A stretch of 37,673 bases of DNA from Gemmatimonadota bacterium (GCA_050485805.1 JBJHCB010000001.1:1-37673); one strand, 5' to 3'; shown: positions 1 through 9,300, numbered from the stretch's first letter. The notes: generated from the sequence alone by a model not told the origin. Numbers and translations: made by a program.

Positions 1-86
1 CCCAACCTGGCCAACAACCCGCCCCGGTGATCCTGCCTGGACCCCCGACCCGCCCCCGTCGGGGGTGAGGACGGGGAGGGAAGGAC

Positions 87-122
87 CGAACCCCCCGGCG
101 GCCGCAGCCGCCGGGGGGTTCG
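87..122. terminator. GC-rich perfect hairpin, probable (bidirectional) intrinsic terminator
   Basis: Perfect 16-bp inverted repeat, cgaaccccccggcggc (87-102) and gccgccggggggttcg (107-122), with the 4-nt loop cgca. It lies 63 nt downstream of the stop of the minus-strand DinB-family CDS. No U-tract follows on either strand, which is common in high-GC genomes. Confidence 0.5.
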
Positions 123-184
123 TGCGCGGAACGGAACGGCCTCTCCAGGGCCGTCGGGCAACGCCCCGAGCCTCGTGAGCGGGC

Positions 185-685
185 TCAGCGCGTTCCGGTG
201 AGCCTCTCCACTTGCTTCCGGTGGTGCCGCATGTGGGCCCGGAGGAAGGACACGAGCCTACGCTGGTCCATGGGGCCGGAGACGGGGTGGCGAACCAGGA
301 GCCGCCGGGGGGAACTCCCTCCCCGTTCCCTGAGGAGGGCGTCCAGACGCCGCCCCGCGGCGATCCACCGGGCCTCCACCTCCTGGAAGGACAGGGCCGG
401 TGTGGGGTCCACCCGGGGCGTGGGAATGGACACCCGCAGGCCCAGACGGAAGACGGTCCAGACCACCAGGGCCCCAACGCGATCCCGGATCCGGGGACCC
501 TTCAATGGCTTCTCGGCGGAGAGCGCCGCCAGGAACCCCTCCTCCGTGAGCATCAGGTGCTGGGCCACCTGGGACGGGGACCACCCGCCCTCCGAGGGCG
601 GCCGCTGGGCCGCTCCACCCAGGGACCGCACCGCCTCCAGGAAGGCGGCCCGGTCCGAGGTGAGGGCCGCTACCGGGTCCCGCAC
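185..685 (-). CDS. DinB-family (DinB_2-like) protein
   Basis: 166-aa ORF with a GTG start. It has an early 'WSPSQVAQHL' His motif and a C-terminal 'LRAHMRHHRKQVE' His cluster. Size and spacing fit a DinB/YfiT-like four-helix-bundle metalloprotein. Confidence 0.75.
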   Translation of the reverse strand: MRDPVAALTSDRAAFLEAVRSLGGAAQRPPSEGGWSPSQVAQHLMLTEEGFLAALSAEKPLKGPRIRDRVGALVVWTVFRLGLRVSIPTPRVDPTPALSFQEVEARWIAAGRRLDALLRERGGSSPRRLLVRHPVSGPMDQRRLVSFLRAHMRHHRKQVERLTGTR

Positions 686-749
686 GAGCCTTTCCCGCGC
701 AACCCGTTCCAGGGAGGGGTGCTCCGCCCCCGCTCCACCCCGATCCGCC

Positions 750-1646
750 TCAGCGGTCCTCCGCCACGTCCACCGTCCGCCGCCACTCGTCGTACTGGCG
801 CCGGAGATCCAGGAGGGGGTTCTCGGCCAGACGGTCCGTCCGCACGGAGAGGGCCAGCCATGGGGCCCGATCCGTCCCGGCGTCGGTCATCCCGATGCTT
901 TCGGTGGCGTAGGGCGGATCGCCGCCCCGGGCCACGAGGATGGCGGCCATGGAGGTGGTCTGGCGAATGTTCCCCTGGTTGCAGCGGACGTCGCCCCCGG
1001 CAATGGAACCGGCCTCCAGGGCCCGCAGCAGACGATCGGAGAGGAGGTTGAATCCCGCCGGGTCCTCCCACCGGTACGCGTCCAGCGGGTCCTGTACCAC
1101 GGCGGCGCTCACCAGGGTGTTCCCCTGGGAGCTCACCCCCCGGCTGGCATCCGCCATGACGCCCGCGTACCGGGCCACCCGGTCCTCGCCCATGGTGATC
1201 CCCTGGCGGAGGGGGGTGGTGAAGCCGGCCACGTGGACGAACCCGTCGTGCATGGTCACGACGCCGTACTGCCGCCGGTCCGTCTCCTCGTCCCACTCCG
1301 GGTCCGTGACCCGCTGCACGATCTCCTCGGCGGTGAGGCCCTCCTGGAGGAGGCGGAAGACCAGGTTCCGATTGTCGATGTTGAACCCGGCCTGGGTGGC
1401 CGCCGCCCCCTTCCCCGGGACCAGGGCCGCCACGCCGTCCCCGTAGGTCTCCACGCAGGAGGCCACCGCCACTCCCACGTCCCCGGTGACCGGGTCCACC
1501 CCCACCACCGACCAGGTGGTCATGTCCAGTTCCCGGGGGTACTCCGGGGCCTCGGGGCCGCAGGCGACCATGGCGGCCAGGAGGAGGGCGCCGGCGGCGC
1601 CGGGAAGGCCGGGGAAGGAACGTAGACGAGGGTGGGACGGCGGCAT
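750..1646 (-). CDS. DUF1028-family (Ntn-hydrolase-like) lipoprotein
   Basis: The track ORF 750..1913 was trimmed to the ATG at 1646 (MPPSHPRLRSF...). This start gives a signal peptide with the lipobox 'LLLAAMVAC'. The mature part starts with 'TWSVVGVDPVTGDVGVAVASC', the characteristic DUF1028 N-terminal strand (T-[FW]-S-[IV]-V). The upstream extension is RG-repeat shadow sequence that overlaps the next gene. Confidence 0.8.
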   Translation of the reverse strand: MPPSHPRLRSFPGLPGAAGALLLAAMVACGPEAPEYPRELDMTTWSVVGVDPVTGDVGVAVASCVETYGDGVAALVPGKGAAATQAGFNIDNRNLVFRLLQEGLTAEEIVQRVTDPEWDEETDRRQYGVVTMHDGFVHVAGFTTPLRQGITMGEDRVARYAGVMADASRGVSSQGNTLVSAAVVQDPLDAYRWEDPAGFNLLSDRLLRALEAGSIAGGDVRCNQGNIRQTTSMAAILVARGGDPPYATESIGMTDAGTDRAPWLALSVRTDRLAENPLLDLRRQYDEWRRTVDVAEDR

Positions 1647-1723
1647 CGAGGTCACTCCGGGCTGGAGACGGTGGAATCCCGGCAAGCTATCCCGGCCTCC
1701 CCGATTTCCGCCAGCGCCGGGGC

Positions 1724-2410
1724 TCACCCGCTCGGGACCCCCTGCTCGAGCCGAAGGAGGATGGAGCCCAGGGCGGGTCGGAGCGAGTCCAGCTCCCGGC
1801 TCTCCAGGACCCTCCAGGCCCCGGCTCCGCCCGCGTCCCCGTCCCCGTCCCCGTCCCCGTCCCGCCGCAGGGTGAGGATCTCCCGGTCGGAAGGGGCTCC
1901 CTCCAGCCTCCACTCCAGCCGGTAGACCACGTGGGCCAGATCCTCCCCCTCGTTCACCACGCCCAGGACCCGGGTGGTGCGGTCCACCCAGGCGTTCACC
2001 AGCCCGGGGGCCTCGGCCTGCAGGGCCTGGAGGGACCGATGGAGCACCTGCCCGTCATCGAGGGCCCGGTAGGCCTCCACAGTGGCGACCCCCACCACGG
2101 CGTCCATGACCCCGGCGCGGGGGATCGCGGCCTCCGGCGGCTGGGCCTCCGGGGGCGCCCATGGATCGACCCCGGGGAAGAGAACCACCTCGAACCAGGT
2201 GCGGAAACCTGAGAGGGCCTCGGGGTGGACCCCTTCCACCACCTCTGCCCAGCGCATGGCCTCCACGGCGTCCAGGTAGCTCCTGGCCACCCCCTCCGGG
2301 TCCGTGGAGGGGAGGGCTCCGGTCGGGAGCGGACCGGCCAGGGCCAGGGCCAGGGCCGGCGCGAGAGCGAAAGCGAACAGGGGCCCGGATCGAAGGAAGG
2401 ACTGGGTCAC
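1724..2410 (-). CDS. Secreted hypothetical protein with an internal (GD)n repeat
   Basis: Track ORF 1724..2536. The start preferred here is the GTG at 2410 (VTQSFLRSGPLFAFALAPALALALAG), which gives a clean signal peptide. The ATGs at 2497 and 2536 are alternatives. Protein-like composition, no family recognised. Confidence 0.6.
   Translation of the reverse strand: MTQSFLRSGPLFAFALAPALALALAGPLPTGALPSTDPEGVARSYLDAVEAMRWAEVVEGVHPEALSGFRTWFEVVLFPGVDPWAPPEAQPPEAAIPRAGVMDAVVGVATVEAYRALDDGQVLHRSLQALQAEAPGLVNAWVDRTTRVLGVVNEGEDLAHVVYRLEWRLEGAPSDREILTLRRDGDGDGDGDAGGAGAWRVLESRELDSLRPALGSILLRLEQGVPSG
1835..1863. repeat. Hexanucleotide microsatellite (GTCCCC) x ~4.8 inside a CDS
   Basis: gtcccc gtcccc gtcccc gtcccc gtccc, read directly. 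It is in frame on the minus strand and encodes DGDGDGDGD in CDS 1724..2410. Confidence 0.9.
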
Positions 2411-2661
2411 GGGGCTGTGGGCAGGGGCGGGGTGGAGGAGCGAACGAATCGGGAGAACCCGATGTACAATGGGCTGAAGGGGAGGGATCGGAACCATCCG
2501 GATCCCGGGGCTGCGGTGGAACCCATCCGGCTCCATGCCATGGAACCGGCCTCATGCGACGGGCCCATGTAACGGACGCCGGTCGCCGGCCCTCCCATCT
2601 CCATACACCGCCAGGGCACCCGCGTCCCCCTGGTGACCGGCCTCCGACTCTCGCCTGGTCC

Positions 2662-3867
2662 ATGATGGCACCCTGGGCTCCACCCGAACCTCCGTCGGCC
2701 GCATGCCCCCACGCCCCGCCTGGGGCGCGGCACGGCTCTCTTCCCCGGCCTGGAGGGAGACGCCCTGGCGTACCCGCCCCCCTCTTCCTCCTCCCCATCC
2801 TCCTTGCGGCCCCGCTCCTGTTCCCCGGGGCCGCGGGGGCCCAGGAAACGGGACTGGCCCGCCTGCCCGGCACGGCACTGGACGTGGTCCCGCCCTCGCA
2901 GTGGGCCCGGGGAGAGCCGGGACGGATGGCGGTGGAGCGACCCCGCTGCCGGGAGACGGGCCCTGGGGATCTCCGGCGTCGGATCGTGGACGTGGCGGTC
3001 CAGGAGTGGGGCTACTTCGGTTTTCCCGTCTTCGATCTGGAGGGGGGAGACCGCCTCCCCCCCGCCCTGGTCCGCTCCGGATCGGGAGGGGCCGCCTTCC
3101 AGCGGATTCCCCCGGGAAGGCGGGTACCCCTCCTCACCCCCGATGAGATGGCCCGGGCCGCTCCCACCATCGCCGGATACTGGGCAGCCACCCCCGAAGG
3201 ACCCGGGATCGTGCGGGAACAGAACGGCCGGTGGAACGGGCCCATGGGTCCCGGCGTGCGTTGGCGATACCCGTGGTCCGCCGCCTTCATCTCCTGGGTC
3301 ATGTGTGAATCGGGGGTGGAGGGGGCCGGAGGTTTCCGCTACGCCATCGCCCACTGGAGCTACATCGATCAGGCCATACGGGCCCGGGACGGAAGGGAGG
3401 CCGGTACTGCCTTTGTCGCCCACGACCTGGGAGAGGTCCCGGTGGAGCCCGGGGACCTGCTCTGCCAGTCCAACCGCCCTGCCTATCGGGCGCTGGCGGA
3501 GCGACGCCGGCAGCTGGGGGTCGGGGCCCGGAGCCACTGCGACGTGGTGGTGGAGGTGGACCCGGATGGCGGACGGATCCTGGCCGTGGGAGGCAACGTC
3601 CTGGGTGCAGTCACCCTCAAGGTGTTCCCGGCCCAGGGAGGCCCGAGTGGGCGCCTCGTTCCCGTGTCCGGCCAGGGCCGCCCGCTCTTCGCCCACCTGA
3701 AGCTCCGGGCGGAGCCCATGGGGAACGGTGCCCTTCGGAGCAGTCCCACCTTCCAGGGCGCCCGCTGCGCCGGGCCGGAGGCCTCCTCAGCCCGGATGGC
3801 ATGGGTGGCGGGTGAATTGGGGCTGGGGGGTCCGGCGCTCTCCACCCCGACGGCCGGAGCCTGCTGA
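2662..3867 (+). CDS. DUF2272 domain-containing secreted protein
   Basis: Track ORF 2161..3867 trimmed to the ATG at 2662, since the upstream part overlaps the divergent gene. Hydrophobic signal segment 'PLFLLPILLAAPLLFPGAAGAQ'. DUF2272-like core: 'YPWSAAFISWVM', 'IAHWSYI', 'GDLLC', 'HCDVVVEVD...ILAVGGNV'. Confidence 0.75.
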   Translation: MMAPWAPPEPPSAACPHAPPGARHGSLPRPGGRRPGVPAPLFLLPILLAAPLLFPGAAGAQETGLARLPGTALDVVPPSQWARGEPGRMAVERPRCRETGPGDLRRRIVDVAVQEWGYFGFPVFDLEGGDRLPPALVRSGSGGAAFQRIPPGRRVPLLTPDEMARAAPTIAGYWAATPEGPGIVREQNGRWNGPMGPGVRWRYPWSAAFISWVMCESGVEGAGGFRYAIAHWSYIDQAIRARDGREAGTAFVAHDLGEVPVEPGDLLCQSNRPAYRALAERRRQLGVGARSHCDVVVEVDPDGGRILAVGGNVLGAVTLKVFPAQGGPSGRLVPVSGQGRPLFAHLKLRAEPMGNGALRSSPTFQGARCAGPEASSARMAWVAGELGLGGPALSTPTAGAC

Positions 3868-3981
3868 GGCGGAAGGCTTCCCGGACCGGCTCAGGGGATC
3901 AGGAAAGGGGATGCTCCGGAGGCCCGGCAGCGCCTCCGCCTCAGGGAAGGTGGGCGCACCCGTGGTGGGATCGGTGTGGGG

Positions 3982-4866
3982 CTAATCGCCCAGGGGCGGC
4001 TCCGCCTTCTCTCGGGCGGAGGCCCTGGCCGGACGCCTGGTCTCGAGGGCATCCACGTCGATCCTGAACAGGCGGGCGGCCGTCTTCCACGCAATGGACT
4101 CCAGATCCTCGGCGTCGAACTTGAGCTCGTCCAGGAACCTCAGGTACGGGCCCATCTCCACCAGGGGCCAGTCGCTGCCGTACATGAGCTGCCGGCCCGG
4201 GTTGCCCATGTAGGCGATCATCTCCTTCAACCGCATGGCGACGTAGCGCTCGAACTCGTACGTGAAGGTGCCGAGGGTGAGGCCGGAGATGTCGGCGTAG
4301 ACGTTGTCGTTCTTGTAGAGCACCTGGGCGGCGTCCTGGAACCAGGGATTCCCGAGATGGCACATGACAAGCTTCACCTCCGGGTGGTCCACGGCCACGT
4401 CGTCCACCAGGAGGGGGTGGGCCATCCGCACCTTCGCCTTCGGGCTGTAGGTGTCCCCGGTGTGGATCATCACCGGGACCTGGTGCTTCTCGGCGATGCG
4501 GAAGACGGCTTCCAGGGAGGGGTCGTTGATGGGGTAGAGATCATACCCCGGGTAGAGCTTGATCCCCCGGACGATGCCGTCCCGGATCCGCTCCTCCATG
4601 GAGAAGAGGTCGGTGCGCTGGTCCCCGCGCCAGCGGAGCCCCTCCACCACCGTGACCCGGGGATCGTCGGCCAGGTACTCCACGAGCTGTTCGACGCTGG
4701 GTCGGTCCAGGTCCACCTTGTAGGAGGTGATGACCACCGAATGGTCGACCCCCACCGCCTCCATCGTGTCGAAGAGGTGCTGGACATTCTCCGCGGTCGG
4801 CCGTCGGGTCGACTCGTGGTAGTTGTTGAGGTGGACATGGGCGTCGATGAGGAAGCGTGTCATCAT
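3982..4866 (-). CDS. Amidohydrolase-2 family (TIM-barrel metal-dependent hydrolase)
   Basis: 294 aa. N-terminal 'IDAHVHL' HxH metal motif, 'VMIHTGD', 'VMCHLGNPW' and 'YGSDWP' near the C-terminus. This is the typical PF04909-type signature order. Confidence 0.85.
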   Translation of the reverse strand: MMTRFLIDAHVHLNNYHESTRRPTAENVQHLFDTMEAVGVDHSVVITSYKVDLDRPSVEQLVEYLADDPRVTVVEGLRWRGDQRTDLFSMEERIRDGIVRGIKLYPGYDLYPINDPSLEAVFRIAEKHQVPVMIHTGDTYSPKAKVRMAHPLLVDDVAVDHPEVKLVMCHLGNPWFQDAAQVLYKNDNVYADISGLTLGTFTYEFERYVAMRLKEMIAYMGNPGRQLMYGSDWPLVEMGPYLRFLDELKFDAEDLESIAWKTAARLFRIDVDALETRRPARASAREKAEPPLGD

Positions 4867-4904
4867 GTTCGCAACCTACGGTCCGGAATGGAGTTCGTGA
4901 ACCC

Positions 4905-5879
4905 ATGCCTGTCCCCCTCCATCTCCTGACCGGGTTCCTCGGGGCCGGGAAGAGCACGGTGTTGGGTCACCTCCTGGCCCACGCGGGGGGCGAGCGCATC
5001 GCCGTCCTGGTGAACGAGGTGGGGGAGCTGGCCCTGGACCATCACCTCCTGGAGACGCTGGACGACGACGTCCTCCTCCTGTCCTCCGGGTGCATCTGCT
5101 GCTCCATCGAGGGGGAGCTCTTCGCCGCCCTCGAACGGGTCCTGGCCCTGGGGCCGACCCGCATCGTGGTGGAGACCACCGGTATCGCCGAGCCGGCGCC
5201 GATCCTCCATGGACTGGCGGGCCACCCGCGCCTCGGCACCGAGGTCGTCCTCGGCGGCGTCATCTCGGTGGTGGACGCCGAGCGGGGGGAGCTGCTCCTG
5301 GACGAACCGGAGGCCAGGGCCCAGGTGGAGCTGTCGGACCGCATCATCGTCTCGAAGGTGGACCTGGCGCCATCACGGGTTCCGTCCCTCCGGGCCCGCC
5401 TGGCGGAGGCCGCGCCTGCCGCCGAGGTCCGGGAGGCGGCAAACGGAGCGGTGGAGGTGGATTGGCTCCTGGCAGCGGGACCCTCGGCCCGCCTTCTGGA
5501 GCCCGCCTCTGCCCGGGAGTGGCTCCGCCATCGCCCCGCGGAGGATCACCGCGTCGGGAGCCGCGCCGTCCACTTCGGAGGACCGGTGGACGTGGAGGGC
5601 CTCGCCCTCTGGCTCCGCCTCGTCACCCAGCTGGATGGCGACCGGCTTCTCCGGGTGAAGGGCATTCTGGAGAGCCGGCGCAGCGGCAGGCTCTTCGTCC
5701 TGCAGAGCGTCCAGCACGCCGTCGCCCCCCTCCGGCCCCTGGAGGGACGTCCCCGGGATTGGCCGGGTTCCTCCCTGGTCCTCATCTTCCGCGATGCCCC
5801 CGGGGAGGCGGTGGACCGCTGGGTGGAGTTCGCCCATCTGGCGGCCCGGGGAGAGCCCTGGGCCTCCGGGTCCGGGTGA
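4905..5879 (+). CDS. COG0523/CobW-family G3E GTPase (putative metallochaperone)
   Basis: Start taken at the ATG at 4905 (MPVPLHLLTGFLGAGKST), with GGAG 11 nt upstream. The GTG at 4857 is an alternative. Walker A 'GFLGAGKST', CxCC metal motif 'GCICCS', 'ETTGIAEP', 'SKVDL', and a CobW_C-like C-terminal domain ('RVKGIL...'). Confidence 0.85.
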   Translation: MPVPLHLLTGFLGAGKSTVLGHLLAHAGGERIAVLVNEVGELALDHHLLETLDDDVLLLSSGCICCSIEGELFAALERVLALGPTRIVVETTGIAEPAPILHGLAGHPRLGTEVVLGGVISVVDAERGELLLDEPEARAQVELSDRIIVSKVDLAPSRVPSLRARLAEAAPAAEVREAANGAVEVDWLLAAGPSARLLEPASAREWLRHRPAEDHRVGSRAVHFGGPVDVEGLALWLRLVTQLDGDRLLRVKGILESRRSGRLFVLQSVQHAVAPLRPLEGRPRDWPGSSLVLIFRDAPGEAVDRWVEFAHLAARGEPWASGSG

Positions 5880-5965
5880 GGCCTCGGGGGATGCCCCTTC
5901 CCCGTCCCTGGAACCGGCCGTAATCTCTCCGCATTCCTGCTCCTCGGACCTCTGCCGAAGGCGCC

Positions 5966-6487
5966 ATGCGGGACCATCACGCCGAGCTTGACGACCTCTT
6001 CAGCCTCGCCTACGAGGAACTCCGGCGGCTTGCGACGCAGGTGCGGGGCAGCGGCGAGGGGGAGACCTTCCGTCCCACCGTTCTGGTCCATGAGGCATGG
6101 ATCCGGATGTCCGGATCCCCGGGGCTCGCCTCCCTCCCCCTCCCCCGGTTCAAACAGGTCGCCGCCAGGGCCATGCGCCAGGTTCTCGTGGACGCGGCCC
6201 GGCGGAGGAAGGCGGCGAAGCGGGGGGGAGGGACGGCACTGGTGACCTTCGACGAGTCCCTGGCCGCCGGGGAAAAGACCGTCCAGGAGGTGTTGGCGCT
6301 GGATCAGGCCCTCCAGGCCCTCTCGCTGCTGAGTCCACGGCAGGCCTCCCTGGTGGAGGCGCGCTTCTTCGGCGGTCTGGAGATGCGGGAGGTCGCCGAG
6401 GCACTGGAGATCTCCGAGGCCACGGCGCACCGGGACTGGCGCGCCGCCAGGGCGTGGTTGGCCCGGGAGCTCCAGGAAGCCCCGTGA
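5966..6487 (+). CDS. ECF-type RNA polymerase sigma factor (TIGR02999-like, kinase-associated)
   Basis: 173 aa. 'LAYEELRRLA', 'TVLVHEAWIRM' (region 2) and 'LSPRQASLVEARFFGGLEMREVAEALEISEATAHRDWRAARAWL' (region 4 HTH). Its stop overlaps the start of the downstream kinase. Confidence 0.85.
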   Translation: MRDHHAELDDLFSLAYEELRRLATQVRGSGEGETFRPTVLVHEAWIRMSGSPGLASLPLPRFKQVAARAMRQVLVDAARRRKAAKRGGGTALVTFDESLAAGEKTVQEVLALDQALQALSLLSPRQASLVEARFFGGLEMREVAEALEISEATAHRDWRAARAWLARELQEAP

Positions 6488-9300
6488 GTCCCGAGGAGGG
6501 GGAGGCAGCCGGCACGGAGGGCCCAACCCCAGAGCGGGAGGCTCCGGCTGGGGGGGACGACCGGAGGTGGGTCCGGGTGCAGGATCTCTTCCATGCGGCC
6601 CTGGAACGGGATCCCGGAGAACGCCCAGCCTTTGTGGAGACAGCCACCCGGGATGACCCCTCCATCAGGGCCGAGGTCCTGGACCTCCTGGCTGCCGACG
6701 AAGGGGGGTGGACCTTCCTGGACCGCGGCGTGGGATCCGTTGCGGATCGGATCCTGGACCCTCCCGCCCAGGGGAGCGGGGACACCTCCCCCCACTCCGG
6801 CGGCTCGGGGGAGGGCGCCACCCGGGGAGACGGACCCACCTTCGGGCCCTACCGCATCCTCTCCTTCCTGGGTGAGGGCGGGATGGGGACCGTCCACCGC
6901 GTGATCCGGGACGACCTGGGAAGCGAGGCGGCCCTGAAGATCCTCCGGGACGGCACCCTTTCGCCCGCCCGGCGAGCCCGCTTCCTGGCGGAGCAGCGCA
7001 CCCTGGCCGGCCTTCGCCACCCGGGGATCGCCCACCTCCTGGACGCGGGCGCCCTCCCCGACGGGACCCCCTGGTTCGTCATGGAGCTCGTGGAAGGCGC
7101 GCCCCTGGACGAGTACATCCGGCAGGCCGACCCCTCCCTGGAGGAGCGCCTCCTCCTCTTCCGCTCCGTGGCCGAGGTCGTCCAGCACGCCCACCGCCAC
7201 GCGGTGATCCATCGGGACCTCAAGCCGTCCAACATCCTGGTTGGGGAGGACGGCCAGGTGAAGGTCATCGACTTCGGGATCGCCAAGCGGCTGGGGCCGG
7301 AGGGCCAGCCCCCAAGGGAGGCCACCCGCACGGGGCTCCGCATCCTGACGCCGGCCCACGCGGCCCCGGAGCAGCTCCGGGGCGAAGCGGTGGGGGTCCA
7401 CACGGATGTCTATGCCCTGGGCGTCCTCCTCTTCCAGCTCCTCTCGGGACAGACCCCGTTCCTTGTGGAGGGCGGTTCGCTGGAGGAGGCGGCCGCGGTG
7501 AGGACGGCTGGGCCACCGCCCCGCCCCTCGGCGCTTCGCGTCCGGCACTCTCCAGGCTCCCTCGGATCGGAGGAGGGAGCCCGGAGCGATCCCGGTGCCC
7601 GGGGTAGCCCGGGCACGGGAACGTGGCGCTCCCACGCAGTCCCCCCGGTCCGGGGCGGCTCCCGCTCCGAGTGGGCCGACCTGGACGTCCTCTGCATGAC
7701 GGCCATGCACTCCGATCCACTCCGGCGGTACTCCACGGTGGAAGCCCTTCTCCGGGATCTGGAGCACTTCCTCCGCCGGGAGCCGCTGGAGGCCCGTCCC
7801 GACACCCTGGGCTACCGGGCCGGAACGTTCATGCGAAGGAACCGCACCCCGGTGGGGGTGGCGGCCGCCGCACTCCTGGTCCTGATGGCGAGCTCCGTCG
7901 CCTGGACCGTCTCGCTCCTGGACGCACGGGACCGGGCCCTGGCCGAGGCGGCCCGGGCGGAGCGGGTGCAGCGCTTCACCGTGAACCTCTTCCAGGGAAC
8001 GGACCCGGATTTCGCTCCTGCCGAGGCACTCCGGGTGGTGGAGCTCCTGGAGCGGGGGGTCCAGGAGGCCCGTGCCCTGGAGGCGGATCCGACCCTCCAG
8101 GCAGAGCTCTATCTGGCGCTGGGGGGGATCCATCACCAGCTGGGTCGGTTGGAGGCGGCGGACTCGCTCATCCAGGCGGCGCTGGAGCTGCGCCGCGGCC
8201 GCCGGGGCGGGGAGCACCCGGAGGTGGCCGAGGCGCTCGTGGCGCTGGGGCTGGTGAAGGAGGCCCAGGCCTCCCTCGACGAGGCCGAAGCCCTTGCCCG
8301 GGAGGGCCTGGAGATGACCCTCCGGACGCTCCCCGACCGGCACCCGGGTCGGGCTCGTGCGTTGGCTGCGCTGGGAGGGGTCCTGGAGGCACGGGGTCGC
8401 TACGACGAGGCCCTTCCCCTGGTCGAGGAGGCCGTCCACCTGCACCGCCTCCGGGGGGACCCCGGGGCAGAACTGGCGTCGGCCCTGGGGCAGCTCGTGA
8501 ACCTGAACTTCTACCTGGGCCGCTACCCGCAGGCCGACTCCCTGGGATGGGAGGCCCTTTCCCTCAACCGAAAGCTCTACGGCGAGACCCATCCGGCAGC
8601 CGCCCGGGACCTCATCAACCTGGGGGCGGTGGCCTTCGAGCTGGGGGATGCCCACCGGGCGGAGGAGCTGTTCAGGGAGGCGCTGTCCATCCAGGAGCCG
8701 TGGTACGGTCTCGAGCACCCGGCCACCGCGGCGAATCTGACCATGTTGGGGCGGGCGCTGGTTCGGCAGGAGCGGATGGACGAAGCCACGCAGGTGCTCC
8801 GCACCTCCCTCGCCATCAACCGGGAGACGCTGGGGGAGGTCCACCCTCGGGTGGCCTCGGCGGAGAACGAGCTGGGCCTCATCGCCCAGGCCGCAGGCGA
8901 CTGGGCGGAGGCCCGGAATCACTTCCTCCGCATGACGGCGATCTACGAGGCACTGTACCCGGAGGGTCACTCCTGGGTGGGGGTGGCCCGCTCGAACCTG
9001 GCCGGGACCCACCAGGCGGAGGGCAACCATGGGGAGGCCGAGCGGCTCCTCCGGGAGGTCCTGGAGATGTACGGCCGGATCCTTCCGGAGGGACACCAGT
9101 TGGCGGGGATCGCATGGATCCGCCTCGGAAGCGCACTGGTGGCCCAGGAGCGGTTCCAGGAGGGCCTGGAGGCCCTCCTGTCGGGGCGGGAGATCCTGAC
9201 CGTCCAGGGAGCAAGTCCCGTCTGGGTGGAACGGGCCGACCAGGAGCTGGACCGGGCCCGGGCAGGACTTCGCGGCGAGCCCCCGGAGGCCAGCCGATGA
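6484..9300 (+). CDS. Membrane Ser/Thr protein kinase with C-terminal TPR-repeat domain
   Basis: Track ORF 6097..9300 trimmed to the in-frame GTG at 6484, which overlaps the sigma-factor TGA (GTGA). Hanks motifs are present: 'LGEGGMGTV', 'ALKIL', 'HRDLKPSNIL', 'DFGIAK', 'APE'. One TM helix, 'VGVAAAALLVLMASSVAWTV', is followed by about 400 aa of TPR-like repeats ('LG..Y...G.Y.EA..L...AL'). Confidence 0.85.
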   Translation: MSPEEGEAAGTEGPTPEREAPAGGDDRRWVRVQDLFHAALERDPGERPAFVETATRDDPSIRAEVLDLLAADEGGWTFLDRGVGSVADRILDPPAQGSGDTSPHSGGSGEGATRGDGPTFGPYRILSFLGEGGMGTVHRVIRDDLGSEAALKILRDGTLSPARRARFLAEQRTLAGLRHPGIAHLLDAGALPDGTPWFVMELVEGAPLDEYIRQADPSLEERLLLFRSVAEVVQHAHRHAVIHRDLKPSNILVGEDGQVKVIDFGIAKRLGPEGQPPREATRTGLRILTPAHAAPEQLRGEAVGVHTDVYALGVLLFQLLSGQTPFLVEGGSLEEAAAVRTAGPPPRPSALRVRHSPGSLGSEEGARSDPGARGSPGTGTWRSHAVPPVRGGSRSEWADLDVLCMTAMHSDPLRRYSTVEALLRDLEHFLRREPLEARPDTLGYRAGTFMRRNRTPVGVAAAALLVLMASSVAWTVSLLDARDRALAEAARAERVQRFTVNLFQGTDPDFAPAEALRVVELLERGVQEARALEADPTLQAELYLALGGIHHQLGRLEAADSLIQAALELRRGRRGGEHPEVAEALVALGLVKEAQASLDEAEALAREGLEMTLRTLPDRHPGRARALAALGGVLEARGRYDEALPLVEEAVHLHRLRGDPGAELASALGQLVNLNFYLGRYPQADSLGWEALSLNRKLYGETHPAAARDLINLGAVAFELGDAHRAEELFREALSIQEPWYGLEHPATAANLTMLGRALVRQERMDEATQVLRTSLAINRETLGEVHPRVASAENELGLIAQAAGDWAEARNHFLRMTAIYEALYPEGHSWVGVARSNLAGTHQAEGNHGEAERLLREVLEMYGRILPEGHQLAGIAWIRLGSALVAQERFQEGLEALLSGREILTVQGASPVWVERADQELDRARAGLRGEPPEASR

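Noticed and set aside
1-30. Possible 3' end of a plus-strand gene (…PNLANNPPR, stop TGA at 28-30)
   Set aside because: Only nine codons are visible, which is too little to support a CDS call. It is mentioned only as context for the hairpin at 87-122.
3917-3938. 7-bp hairpin (cggaggc / gcctccg) between the convergent DUF2272 and amidohydrolase genes
   Set aside because: The stem is short, the loop is 8 nt and there is no U-tract. It is too weak to call a terminator.
5910-5930. 'GGAAC' (5910-5914) upstream of ECF sigma 1, considered as an ECF -35 element
   Set aside because: No convincing CGTC-type -10 element lies at a 16-17-nt spacing, and no matching element was seen upstream of sigma 2. 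It cannot be supported without a motif search.
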